DNA of 56,165 bases, counting the filler, from Sphacelaria rigidula (lineage: Eukaryota), in NCBI GenBank assembly GCA_964200075.2. It is 6 parts of 6 records of this genome, joined end to end, with 100 filler letters (N's around TTAATTAATTAA, not from the genome) between each part and the next. Parts side by side here need not be neighbours in the genome. Positions count along the whole stretch, not along the records: positions 37,512 to 46,788 come from CAXNAA020008853.1; positions 46,889 to 56,165 come from CAXNAA020008854.1; 4 more parts are not named here. One strand, given 5' to 3'. Both the position numbers and the translations under genes were made by a program. The notes below the pieces were generated by a model that searched no databases, was not told the origin of the DNA, and worked only from the letters and a program-made list of their open reading frames with translations. Shown here one piece after another: positions 37,512 to 50,193 of this stretch (position 1 is the first letter of the stretch; each line of letters starts with the position of its first letter).

Positions 37512-39372
37512 GAAAATCAAATCGGACATCGTTAAGGGCTCGTACTAACATAACGATACAGAATTATGGGACTGAGGAAGTATATGTTTGCGCGAACTGG
37601 TAACAGGTTTGCTCGAAGGGGAAAAAATGTATCCAGGACACATGAAACACCCTGGCACACAACTCAACACAACACCACACGTGAAACTAGGGAGCCCCAC
37701 GATCCTCGCCAACAAAATACATATAGCTCAAGCTTTGGTTTGCTTTGGTTTGGTCGAGTCACTTCGGAATTCAACGAGGAGCAGTAGTGTCGGACGCGCA
37801 CCGGAAACAGCCACACATGATGGTCCGCGACGGCACATTTTCGGATAAATTTTGACACGCACGCGGCCCCCCTTTCTCCAATGCTGAACGGCTTTCCGTA
37901 AAACAAATACTGCTTTGCGAAGATGAGCAAAGGTTAGAGGTGGAGCTGATGCCCGTGAGCGGTAGGTGTCTGCGCGTGTTTCTTTGGGGCTCGGTGTGTA
38001 GGTGTTGTGCTTCCTTGCCGCGTCTTTCCTATACCAGGCAGTAGAGTGAACCGGCGTTGGGCTACAACATGTTTGTAGTTGATGTTACTTGATTTGAGTG
38101 AGTACAACGAGAATCGGATCTTTAGTAGGGCTGACAGTCCCGTGTGCTCCTGGCGTGCGCAGAACGCGTTTTCGCTGAAGTCGGCGCCAGGGCTGCACTT
38201 TGTCAAGGGCTATGTAGTGCCCTTGCCCGAGTGCTCTCGGTATGCGTTGGGTTGGGGTTAGAGTTCGGGGTAGCGATACTTGTAAAATGTGTTAACCATG
38301 GACATGTTGCAGACCAACGTCGGTTAACAAGCCTCATACCAGGACAGAGATGCTTGACCAACGACCACTGCTAGAACCGCCGCACGTTGAAACCCGTGCG
38401 CAGATCTGGCGTAAATTTGGACAGAAAACCTCGTTCTCGGTAAGACTGAGAGTGGTCGTTGTGGGCACAAATCTATTTGAAACTGTCTTTGCAAAAAAAA
38501 TCTTACCTGCCTCGATAAGGCACGGCCTGATGCCTCTTCATGGCCCCCGCGGCAAACACGGTTTACAGTTATGGGTAGGAATGGGGATCGATTTTGGGTA
38601 CTATATTCATGGAAAGTGCAAGCTGAACGCTACATGCGTCAGAAGTGGCCCGTAATCCAACGAATCATATCAATGGAAAATACGCGGGTCACCTACAAAT
38701 GACGATTTGGCTCATAAGGAATGACCTATATTTCTAGTACATTTATTCAAGCCTGGGAGTGGTCGGTGTTGAGGTGATTTTGTTCCTCCGGAAAGCTCAC
38801 TCCACATCAGTGGATGGACAATCTTGTTGCACTAGCTAGTGTCCTGCCTCTGTCTGTACCACTCGGGAAGCACACGCCCCCGAGCTGCCACCCCATGTTT
38901 GCCGTCATTACGAAAATAACAACACAAGAGCACGAGCAGCAGCTGTTTCGGCCGCCACACACTAAGGTAACTGCAGTGAAAGGCGTGCCTGACCCAGTGC
39001 TAGAACGAGAAAGTACGGAAATTTGGAGATCATGAGCAGCAGCGTCGCGCATCTGAAAACTGCTGAGAACGATTCTGATGATGTTGACGATCAAGAGATT
39101 CACGCTGTGCGGATTGGCTAGGCGCTGCATGTCCTACTCACAACTATGACTGCGGGAGTGTAGAGTGAATTTCTCATGGGCCCCATGGGGTCAGGGTCAT
39201 GGCATGAGTGGAAGGAATCCCATCTTGTCAGTCGCTTGGGCACGGTCTGGTTCCCTCTGTCCAGATCAACATCTTCAACGTCAATTCTTGGCTATTTTCA
39301 GTATGTACAGGCAGCCGCTTGAAACATCGTGACTCTGCCGACCTAGGCATACATGGTGCGCAGTCTGAGATC

Positions 39373-39910
39373 AAAATCACTCTACGTGCCTTGGCTTCTC
39401 CGCTGGAACCCTCAGGCACAACAGTCGAAGTTCATGTGTGACCTCGCTTTCTGCAACTCAATACATGAAGGGTACTCGCTCTTGAACGGCGAATTTGCCC
39501 TCTGTGCATAGCCGTACAGAACGAAGCAGCACCTGGTGGCATGCCACAAGGTGAAATGCCATCCGTCACACACTCCTCGCCGCAAGACAAAAAAACACCA
39601 AGCCCAAGACGAAGCTTGTCGAACATCGCATAGTTTGCATCTCATTCTGATACTATTGATAGTATATACAGACAGTTACTAGATACATGACCGCGGTCGC
39701 CAGCAGATGTAACGCACATACTAGTACTAAAATCGCTCTCGACGCCTTGGCTTCTTCACTGGAGCCCTGACATGGAGCAGCCGCCAGCTTTGTCTTCCTT
39801 CTGTCAACTCTCCCTCTGTAATTCGACACTTCAAAGGATACTCGCCGTTGAGAGGCGAATTTTCCCTTTGTGCACAGCCGCAAAGAACAAAGCAGCGCCT
39901 GGAGGCGCGC
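39373..39910. repeat. Diverged direct duplication, period ~356 bp
   Basis: aaaatc.ctct...gccttggcttct...tactcgc..ttga..ggcgaattt.ccct.tgtgca.agccg..agaac.aagcagc.cctgg at 39373-39547 and 39729-39910. Confidence 0.8.
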
Positions 39911-42064
39911 AACCAAAGTACATGTTGTCGTTGTCACAACTTATTCGCGGCAGGAAAAGAAGTATGCGTATGCGCACCGATTTTTTTTAATTTGCCATCT
40001 TCGACCTCGGAAGACGCTATTGATTCTCAACCCAAAAGTGCCGATTGCGCAACGCTTACAACTCCAAACCGAAGCGGGGGATTGGACTGCGGTTTCTTGC
40101 GTGCGCTTCCCACACACCTAAGCTACGTTGCCTACTTCGTTTTTCGCGTTTGAGGGCGATGCTGATTCGCAAAAAACCCAAATGTACTAAAGTAAGGTGT
40201 TTTCCGCTCTGGGGAGAGGATTTTCGGGACGCTGACGCGACGCTAGCAAAATATGAAACTAGGTCCCCTAGATCTTGTGTGTATGAGGGGGGCTGTCAAG
40301 TGCGGTGGACCGGTTTGCTTTCTGTGTCGAGAACCGAGCGATCTCCAGTGCCACAGGTTTCCTATACTAGACCAAGTGAATAAGTGACGAAGCATGTGTT
40401 CTGTTCGTGAGGGCCTCGGCACAGGTCCGACCACCTAATGATGTATTCATTATTCCTCCGCGTTATCTTTCATCTTAAATCTTGTGCCGATTTTTGGTCG
40501 TTAGGGCTCCCATTCCTACCCATAGCAGTGGCGAAATACAAGTTCGGGCCGTTCTAAACAAAGGGGATAGGAGTAATTTTTCTGATATTTCCCAATACCG
40601 ACCACTTTTCAAGGCAACATTTCGAGGCAAAATGTAGATATATGTAGATACATAGATATAGATGAAACTTTGCAGGACTTGTTTCTATCGCGTTGTTTGT
40701 TTCCACTTCCAGTTCAGTAAAGTGACACAGATTTAATGGGGTCGGAAAAACAATCTACAGACCCTACTGCTGTACAGGGCTTCCGCGTTTAAAACAAAAC
40801 CTCGGAAAATCCCCTCTTCGATTCGGAGAGGCGTCGGAATCGGAACAATTATTGGAAAGAACCTTGATCGTATAGAACGACCCTTATTTCTTTGAGCCAT
40901 GGTCCTCTTGTCGGCACAATGTTTCCGCTGACAGCCCTGTGGATGTGTGCATACAGTATGTGGATGTGTGCATACAGTATCATGTTACTACAGATATATA
41001 CGACGTGCAGTACAAAGGATGCAATACTCTACTGTCTGCAGCGTAGGATGCAACTGATAGTCTGAATACAGTAGTGTCGGCTATGGATACTGGCTCCGCA
41101 GGTGCCGGTACAAAGGACCCCACAACCGCTGGCGAGAGGCTATTGCTTGCCCGTCTCGCCTGTGTGTTACTCTGTCGATGTGTTGTGCGACAAAGCGTCG
41201 ACGGCGAACCACGGAGAGTCGTCGGGGGAGAGTACAGGACAAAACACCGCGGGATGCTCTCCGTTATCGCTCTCTAAGTCACTCGAAGTTGCACTGGGAA
41301 CTCTCATCCAGCACACGCATGCAAGCCCGCGGCTGCACTGCTATCAGCCAGCAGGGGGAGCTGAGCGGATGTGATGTGGGACGCACACTACCATTTTGTA
41401 TTCGATTCCTGCTTTGGCGCCGGGGCTGTGAAAAGGACGTGTCCGAAATAGCGAGTAGAATAACCATTCGCGATTATATTGGGTTTAGTGTATTTGCATA
41501 TTACCCGCTCACTCCAAGTAAATCCCGCTTCCGCACAAATCCGAAGTTCCCAACCTCTGACCCGCGTAACATGGCATTTTATATAGGGGCGGTCGCCGTT
41601 TCGAGCGAATTTTCAACGTGTCTCGGGTGTATCTGAGGCCTCCGGCGCCAAAAGGGTTAAAATAAAATCATCTTCCTTTATGCTGAAAATTCCGCGCGAA
41701 AGACCAGGAGATGGATGGGGGTCTAATATGTCTAATCCATGCATCCCCCGCACACGCGCCAAACCAGGTGACGCAAAAACTTGCGAGTGTCGGGCGAATC
41801 ATAGTTCAAACAGGTTGACTCCTCATGCATTTGAAGTGTGATTTGTGTACCAAGGAGTGATAACGTATATACCGCGGATGAGAAAATCGTACTTTCTAGG
41901 TAGTATCGCACGAATCAAGTACGGGGTTGCGTAAGCTCCAAGTAGTGTCACACGAATAAGGACTGCAAACTCTGGACGGATCTCAGTTCTTTTACGAATC
42001 AAGGGCGGGGGAAGATGTTAACTTGATCCATCCCGCACGAATTTTGAGTGAGAAAGATGTATCC

Positions 42065-42335
42065 ATGATTCATGCCGTATGGAAGAGGATAAAGTTCCAT
42101 GTGAGATTCATGCCGTGCGAATAGCAGGTGAGAAACATGTCCCTATGATTCATGCCGTATGAATCACGGCTGAGAAACATGTAAGCTTGATTCATGTCAT
42201 AGGAATGACAGCTGGGAAACATGTACGCTTGATATATGTCATACGGGTAATGGGTGGAAATCATTCACGTATGATTCATGCCGTATGAATGACGAGCGAG
42301 ATTGATGTACGTTCGATCTGTGCCCTGTGAATCAC
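42065..42335 (+). repeat. ~41-bp degenerate tandem array (tgattcatgccgtatgaatgac..gagaaacatgtac)
   Basis: Six to seven units; same family at ~42805-43000 and 45670-45880. Confidence 0.8.
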
Positions 42336-43195
42336 TGCCGGGATCCGTGTCCTATGTATCACGGGTGGGAAGCCAGAACGAATCCCTGTTATCGCAAGAA
42401 TCGCACGATTTTGTTCGCGCTTACGAATAAGGACTTACTCTACGCTTGCTTGGTGTTCAATAACTCTTGCGCCATAAACCTTTGGCTGCCAGGGGGAATC
42501 ATCCGTTGATTCAGCATAACTTTCCTTCGAAAACTGATCGCGATCTAGTCGACCCACCCTGGTTGTCGAAGGATTAGACGGTGATCACCAGTGTGGATAA
42601 TCTCGGTATTGGATGAGTTTCCAAGTGAAATTGGTGCCGATTCAACAGATGGTCTACCCCAGCGGTCCAACGTTAAAATCCATCGAAACGTCCGGAAGGC
42701 GAACAGGTCCCTCTCCTGCAGACAAGAATAAGTCCGCAAATACTCGATAGAAATATGTGACACACGTGCATAATCAGGCACAGGTTAGGATTGTCACACC
42801 GCGCAGAAGTCGTGCCGCACGAACTGAAGTTGCGAAAAATAAGCCAACGAGTCATGTCTCACGAACGGCACTTGCGGAATATGCACCGAAGTGAAGGGTA
42901 CTGGTGCATGAAATGGTGGCCGCAGTGATGTGCACTTGATCATTGTCGCATGAATGACAGGTGCCGAACATGTTTGACTCACCCCACATGAATGAAGGGT
43001 CGGAAATGGAGAGTTTACAAACGAAATCAAAATTCATTTCAGAATCCGGATGGGACAACTTCAAAAGGAGATATTTCAAAACTTTTAAGAATGAAAGGTG
43101 AAAACTTCGGGACGGAAGCCGACGTGACGTGACTGGAGGTGACTTCATTCGCAGTGATAGGCCGCGGGTTACCACACCAAATATGCTATCGGCCG

Positions 43196-43197
<2 letters not shown>

Positions 43198-43258
<61 letters not shown>

Positions 43259-43598
43259 GTCGTCCCATCTATTCTGGACGCCGGTTCACACCTTTCGGTA
43301 TATGTGGGCGCACCAGCCTGTCACACAGGAGGAAGGCCAACACAGAAGTTTTCTTTTTGTTTGTTTTAGTTCTCCATTTTCCTTCTGCGATGCTTGCCTT
43401 TATTTCTTTATCGCGGGAGGGGTTCAGCAGTCCCTTTCCCTCGACGAACACTAAGTCGAATTTTTTGTGTACCCACCACATAGTCGCTCCCCACTGTTCA
43501 GCAATGTGTGAGCAAAATCCCAGATCGCTCCGAGATTCGAACCCACGACCTAACCGTCAGAAGGTTTCGAGGTTACCAACAAAGCCACCGGGGCGACC
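43198..43598 (-). mobile_element. tRNA-derived SINE with long (CA)n tail
   Basis: Reverse strand reads GGTCGCCCCGGTGGCTTTGTTGGTAA (A box)..AACCTTCTGACGGTT..GGTTCGAATCTC (B box), then the body, then ~(CA)29 at 43198-43256. Confidence 0.85.
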
Positions 43599-43769
43599 AG
43601 GATCCATTTCGAACATGCATAGGTCAGCACTGCACATTATTACTGCACTGCACCGTAACGTACCATACACTGCACTTCCTGCACTGGCACTACCACCGCA
43701 TGACACTGCACTACAGTGCAATGTAGTACTGTGCAGTATACAATACATTGCATTACAATGCAGAACCCC

Positions 43770-44370
43770 GCAGTACATTGCGGTACGGCGGTGAAATACA
43801 GCGATTTCGTACATACAGCACAGCAGGGCAGCACTTCCAAAGAACATCCAGAGCCGCACGGCGACGATTTTGCAACATGCCACCCACAACGATCGTGCAA
43901 GACGTCATGACCTCTAACGGAACGGCAGTGCAACCAGGTACAACACTGTTTCTGTGCAGTAGACTACGGATCGCTCACACCATCTTCTTCCAGCTGGGGC
44001 TTGCAATAGTCAGGAGCTGTACCCAAGAACGCCTTGTGCGCGCCGGGGCTTTCAATTTCACGCAAAACAAGCAAGCGAATGGTGATACCATGGCGGCGGC
44101 AGGAAGATCCCCTGTCTGCGATGTCAAGCGTTGCTATATTGTGGCTTATCTATTGTGATAAGCATGGCAGTTGTGAAGGATATCCCACTTTCCTTGTGAG
44201 AGTATATTGTTCGTGAACTGGCTGTGATAGTGGGGGTGGGGGTGGGGGTGGGGGTGATTTTCTCTTCGTTCCGTTATAAGCTGTGAAACGACACTTCGGA
44301 CTTCAGAATGAAGTGTTCAAAACACGACTTCGATTTTGACAAGTTCATGCTGAACTTTTCATCACCATGA
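43770..44370 (+). repeat. Unclassified interspersed repeat, homologous to 49240-49900
   Basis: Shared blocks atgccacccacaacg..gtgcaagacgt..acctctaacggaacggcagtgca..tcttcttccagctg..ggagctgtacccaag..tctgcgatg.caagcgttgcta..tttccttgtgagagtatattg. Confidence 0.85.
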
Positions 44371-45669
44371 AATTTGTACCGCTTCTGGACATTTTCCCTT
44401 TCAGAATGGAGTGCTCTAAACATGACTTCGATCCCAACACATTGATGCTGAACTTTTCTCTATCATGAAATTTGTACCGTTTCTGGACTCTTTCCATTCC
44501 ATCCCAATCCTGATGTGCAAAACAGATTCCGAAACTCTGACATATACACGTGCAATGTTGTTCGTTTTCGATATTATTGAGGCGGTACTTTTGGAGAATA
44601 GGTGCCAAAACACAGCATATCTGACTTAGCATGATGCTGAAACTTCACGTATGTGCGGCCTGAAGCCGCAGGTAGGTGTTGACGCAGCTGTCTCGGCGAG
44701 CCAAGGCGCTTTGTGCGCTGCGTGGCGTGGAAGGATGATTATGCACGATGCTGCCGTGGTTCCGGCGATAAGATAACTTCCTAATTACAATTCTAGAGGG
44801 AACCGATATGAACTCCGCGCGCAGGCGGAAGCAGATCTTGCCAGCATTGTTGTTTACGTCGGCTGCCTGTGGGTCGAGGTTGCCACCGAGAGGGTAACTA
44901 ACCACCAGTAGAGGTTCTCCCTATCTTAAAGGGAAATGCCCTTGGCGTTTATGCGCCGTGTCGAGCAAGGCACGGCCGTACAGGCGAGCTGAACAAAACA
45001 GTGTATTGTACCAAAGACAACTGTGGGGCTGTTCGGGCAGGGGGCAACATCTCTTCCAGACAGTGCCAGACTTTCACGGCCGGGTACCACGACGGTCCCA
45101 CGACAACAAGGGTGGCTATTGTATTCTTCTAGCAGAGTCAATCAGAAATTCTCTCTGCAGGAGCTCCCACGTCAATATCTTTATACGACAGTCGTCTCGT
45201 CGCCCTTTTGCGAAGTTTTTTTTTTTCAACATTTTGCTTGGTTTCAGAATATGACAGAGTGCAAGTTGCAATTTGCATTCATCACGGATGGATCGCGGGT
45301 ATTCCAGCCCTGCCCAGGCGTGGTTCACAGGTACAGTCAGTAATGCACTATTCATTGTACCGACGGCTAGTAGCACACAGTGCCAACTTCGTCTCTTTTA
45401 CATCGCCACAATATATTTCGTGTGTTAAGTGCTTCCTGCCTTTTACAGTGATATGCATCATTTCTCATCCGACTGCCTCAGCCTGTGCAGGAGTCTGTAG
45501 CGTCACCTTGCCGTGCTGATGCGAACACGTCTCTTCCGAGGACGTCTGCCTCTCCTGCCTCAACATGTTTTAGGCCTTGGAGCATGACCGTCTCCAATGG
45601 ACGCCGCGGGTGATGAAATGTAATCACTATGAAGTGCCTCGATAAAACTGAAAAGGAACAACACTGCTC

Positions 45670-45880
45670 GTTTCATGCGGTACCACTGACATCTGCGAAA
45701 CGTGTAGGATCGGTTCATGCCGCATGAATGACTTGTGCGAAACACGTACGTATCATCCATGCGGCAAAAATGAACGGGGGGAAACATGTACTTGTGGTTC
45801 ATGCCCTATGAGGGGACGCGGGAAACATGTGCCGATTAATTATGCCGCATGAATCACAGGATGAGAAATATGTACAGTAC
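45670..45880 (+). repeat. ~41-bp tandem array, same family as 42065-42335
   Basis: ttcatgccgcatgaatgac..gaaacatgtac units. Confidence 0.75.
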
Positions 45881-46502
45881 TTACGACTAATGCAATACTG
45901 CCCTTGTCTCGTGAGTCTGGGCACTGATGAGCGTTTAATTGTTTGGGTATTTCAACGTTGACGATTATCGTACGGTGGGGTTCGTTCGAGAGGTAAAGCG
46001 CCGACGAAGCTGATGAGAAAAAAACGAAAAGAAAAAACTTGTTTTCATCACTAAAATTGTGTCCAAATATACCCCATTTTGACCCTTGCTGATCCATTTA
46101 TACCCCATCATCAGCAGAAAATGTTGAATGGGGCGTGCGTGGGTTAACATTACGGACAAGTGCAAAAATAATGGTGATTTCGCGATTTTCACATTATCTG
46201 GCCCACTTTTCGCGATTTTTCGTGTTCCCCGGTCTCTAGTGCTTTCCTGAGAAAACGAGCGGAAAATCGTCGTTTTTGGACCGACCTGTTTTTCCTCGGT
46301 CGCGTGGCTGCATGGGTAAAGCACCCACGTTGTAGAAATAATGTTGGTGGTCAGCTCAAAAAATGCCAACGAACGCAATAGAAAGATCGAAAATCAAACA
46401 TCACACCGTCAGACCCACTTTTATGGCAACGAATCCCGATTTTTACAAATAGGATTTCAGCCCGCCTACAGACGATTTTCTCCCGTAGATTGATTTTTCG
46501 GA

Positions 46503-46788
46503 CCCCAGTCCGTTGGGCAATGTTTTCGGCTAGCTGTGAGCAAACCAGATCAAATCTCCGATTTTCTGGGCGTTGACTTTCGATACATTACCGTTCTGCT
46601 GAAATCGGGACACTCCCTCATCTCCCCCGCATCTCCCTCGATTTTTCAAAAAAATCGGGGGAGATGCGGGAGTGTCCCGATTTGGGCAGAAATGTGATAA
46701 ACCAAAAGTCAACGTCCATACGATATAATCGGAGAATTGATCTGACTTGCTCACAGCTAGCCGAAAAATATTGCCCAACGGACTGGAG
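46503..46788. mobile_element. ~286-bp hairpin MITE (possibly Tc1/mariner-type ends)
   Basis: Near-complete palindrome: ccagtccgttgggcaat..cggctagctgtgagcaa..aaatcgggacactccc versus gggagtgtcccgattt..ttgctcacagctagccg..attgcccaacggactgg; the right end coincides with the contig end. Confidence 0.85.
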
Positions 46789-46888
46789 NNNNNNNNNNNN
46801 NNNNNNNNNNNNNNNNNNNNNNNNNNNNNNNNTTAATTAATTAANNNNNNNNNNNNNNNNNNNNNNNNNNNNNNNNNNNNNNNNNNNN
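46789..46888. other. Artificial contig spacer
   Basis: N44-TTAATTAATTAA-N44. Confidence 0.98.
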
Positions 46889-46973
46889 CCCCACGCCGTA
46901 CCGACAAGACCGGCCATGGCCTTCGTCGGAGGATACGGGGAACGGAGGTTATATATATTGGAATTATGCTACC

Positions 46974-47354
46974 GGTCGCCCCGGTGGCTCAGCGGTAACT
47001 TCGAAACCTTCTGACGGTTGGGTCATGGGTTCAAATCTCGGAGCGATCTGGGATTTTTTTCTCACACCATGCCCAACGATGGAGAGCCACTATGTCGTGG
47101 GTACACAAAATTCGACTTAACGGTCGACGAGGGAAAGGGACGGCTGAACCTCTGTCGCGATAAAAATTGAAGGCAAGCATCGCAGGAGGAAGGTGGGATT
47201 CTAAAAACAAATATGAAGAAAAAGCTACAAATAGAAATGAAAAAGCTTCTGTGTTGACCTTCCTCCTGTGTGATCCCGGCTGATACGCCCACATATACCG
47301 GAAGGTGTAGACCGGCGTCCAGAATAGAAAGGACGACAACACACAACACACACA
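46974..47354 (+). mobile_element. tRNA-derived SINE, full-length copy
   Basis: GGTCGCCCCGGTGGCTCAGCGGTAA..GGTTCAAATCTC head; body homologous to 43257-43598; short CA-rich tail. Confidence 0.85.
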
Positions 47355-47917
47355 AGCTAATAATATATGTAAGTTTGGCATCTGTAGAAGATGAAATCTG
47401 GCAGTACAGTCCCAAGGTGTGCGTCAACTCTGTAACTGAAAGATCAGTGTGCGACTTTGTACGATGGCGGCATGGGTTCGAATCCTGTTTCGGCTACACG
47501 TTTTTTGCTCGAAGTGCGTGAGTGGTACACTATTTCTTCACACCGCGTGTCGAGTTCGAGTCCTGGGTCGGGTATTTTTTCCCTGCTGGTGGTGCCGTAT
47601 GAGAACACAGTTTTTCTACACCGGGAGTCGATTTATCTGGTCTTCCATTGCAATCACCGCACTTTCTCTCATCATACATACCCGCGGTCCTATTCCTCAT
47701 CGTCGCGCAAATTTTGTTCCCATCATCATATTATCCCTCCCTACTTCATCAACCATTATCGTCTTTTCTGTAAACAAACACAATAACCTCGAAGGCATCG
47801 GTGCGAGCAGAGTAAATACTACAGTCGTGCTGCAATCTTTTTCCTGCATGCACTTCCGCATTGTTCCACCCGCAATCCAGTACTCCTTCTCGCGTCCTAT
47901 TTCTCCCGTATGGTTGG

Positions 47918-48150
47918 TTGATTGATTGATTGTCGCACTTTAACTGACCACCCATGGGACCAGCCGTGGCCGCGTCATAGACGTACCCCAAAAAAGCAAA
48001 ACTGAAACACTCGTTCAAGAAAACGAAGGAGCAGAGAAGAGGCGAACAGAACGACACAGTAGACTAAGACGTAAAACAAATGATAATAATGAAGAAATGA
48101 AAAAATCGGCAGAAGTAAAGCACAGAAAGAGGTGGCCGACCTGAAAAAAG
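47918..48150 (-). repeat. (CAAT)n-tailed retro-element 3' end
   Basis: (ttga)n then cgcactttaactgacc..ccagccgtgg..atagacgtac. Confidence 0.7.
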
Positions 48151-48579
48151 GGAGCAGAAAAAAAAATGGAATCTAATGATTAAAGAAAGGAAGAAGCCCA
48201 AGGGATTCAGGGCAGCAGACTAGATATAGACACACACCAGTGGGCACCGCAGAACCACCGACTGAGGGCAAAATCAACAACCTATACAACATGAAATTGT
48301 AGCCAATACTAATTTTACACGAGAGCTTGGCAAGACAAGAATACCGTGACCCTCCAAGAAGACGGGCGGGACCGGGGCGCTCTACCGTCTTAGATACCCA
48401 CTTTTGCTTGTCGTTCATACCCGCAATCCTGGAGGAGTTCACGTGTGTTTTTGTTTCATATGCAAAATGAACATTTCGAAAGAGGATTCATTCTCACGAG
48501 GGCTTGGCAAAGGAAGAATAGCGAGACCCTCGAAAAAGACGGACGGTACCTGGGCGCAGCCCCGGGTCCCGTGCGGCTT

Positions 48580-48896
48580 GGAATATCCAATATATTTTGA
48601 CCGACCAATACATCGATACCCACGCGGCCCCAATACATATTGACCGGTCAACATCTTCTCACCAATGCGACCACAATGTATATTGGTTATGCAATATGTC
48701 GTCGTCCACTCTGCCCCAATATATGTCGATGGGACAACAGGTATGCAATCTCACGGTACCAATATATATTTGGTGGGCAATATGTATGCAGCCCCACGAC
48801 AACAATATATATATATATATATATTGGGCGCGTAATATGTGTGCAGTCCGAGGGTACCGATACATATATTATGCTGGCAGTACATAGCGATATTCC
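48580..48896. mobile_element. Degenerate ~0.3 kb MITE-like inverted repeat
   Basis: ggaatatc..atcgataccc..ccaatacatatt versus aatatgt..gggtaccgat..gatattcc; internal caatat/atattg repeats. Confidence 0.5.
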
Positions 48897-49239
48897 AATA
48901 TGATCGGCTAATATGTGTTGGAAACATCTTGTGTTGTCCAGGATGTGGAAAATTCCCGAAAACCCAGTCACCCTTCAATACAAAATAAATCATAATCATT
49001 CGTCACTCTGCGCTCCGAAACAGCCTTAAAATAGACCGCAATCAAAACCTTCTAGTTATCATGTTTGTATATACGACACTTCCTGTGCGTTGTTACACAT
49101 TCTAGCAGTATCATCGCGTCCTTTTTCCAATATATACGTAACCACGACTTAGTATCACATCATTTTCCCAATACGTATGTGACTAAAAACCAGGCCAGAT
49201 TTGAGCTCACGGCAGTACAGTACAGTACATTGTATGACC

Positions 49240-49900
49240 CTACAGTACATTAGTACATTGTGGCGATGTAAAGTATAGCGATACCGTGCAGAAAGCACGG
49301 CAAGCCGCATGGCAACGATTTTGCAGTATGCCACCCACAACGTTGGTGCAAGACGTGATAACCTCTAACGGAACGGCAGTGCAGATATGTGCTGCACTGC
49401 TTCTGCGCCGTAAACTACAAATTGTTTACACCGTCTTCTTCCAGCTGAAGCCGGTCATAGTGAGGAGCTGTACCCAAGGCAACGCCTGATGCGCGCCGAG
49501 CATTTAAATTTCACGCGACACAACCAAGGGATGCTTATACCATAGCGACGGTAGGTAGGTCCCCTATCTGCGATGCCAAGCGTTGCTACTTCGTAACTGG
49601 TCCATGGTGATGAGATGACACAACCAGGGGATGCTTATACCATAGCGACGGTAGGTAGGTCCCCTATCTGCGATGCCAAGCGTTGCTACTTCGTAACTGG
49701 TCCATGGTGATTAGATGGCATGATGGATGTCCCTCTTTCCTTGTGAGAGTATATTGGTTGTGAAGTGGCTGTGACAGTGATGGGGGTGGTGATTGGTATT
49801 CGTAATGTAATGAGTTGTGAGGCGACACGACGGACTTCAGAATGGAGTGCTTGAAAGATGGCCTCGATCCTGATAAGTTGGTGCTGGCCTTTTCTTCACA
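49240..49900 (+). repeat. Second copy of the unclassified repeat, with an internal 100-bp tandem duplication (49521-49720)
   Basis: Homology to 43770-44370; 49521-49620 and 49621-49720 differ at only about three positions. Confidence 0.85.
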
Positions 49901-50019
49901 ATCTAGTTTGTTATCAGCAACGGCTATCCTCCTTCCGTCCTGATCCTGAAGGGGGAAAAACAAAATTCCGCATCTACATATGAGTACTGATTGAACTCGT
50001 TGAGAAATATGCTCGCATC

Positions 50020-50193
50020 CCTCTCGCGATAGAAGGTAGGCAAGCACCGTAGAAGGAAGGTGGAGTACTGAAACAACAGAGAAAATAAAAAGCTCCTGTG
50101 TTGGCCTTCCCCCTGTGTGACCCCCGCTGATGCGCCCACATATACCGAAAGGCGTTGACTGGCGTCCAGAATAAATGGGATGACAACACACAC
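50020..50193 (+). mobile_element. 5'-truncated copy of the tRNA-derived SINE
   Basis: tcgcgata..aggcaagca..tgtgttggccttcccctgtgtgac..cccacatataccgaaagg..ggcgtccagaata.atggga.gacaacacacac. Confidence 0.8.

Noticed and set aside
43129..43794. 221-aa and overlapping ORFs with CVCVCV/HTHTHT
   Set aside because: Translations of a (TG)n tail, the SINE body and low-complexity sequence.
44700..44930. Possible pogo/CENP-B HTH remnant on the minus strand
   Set aside because: Only vague spacing similarity; no DDE segment or TIRs found.
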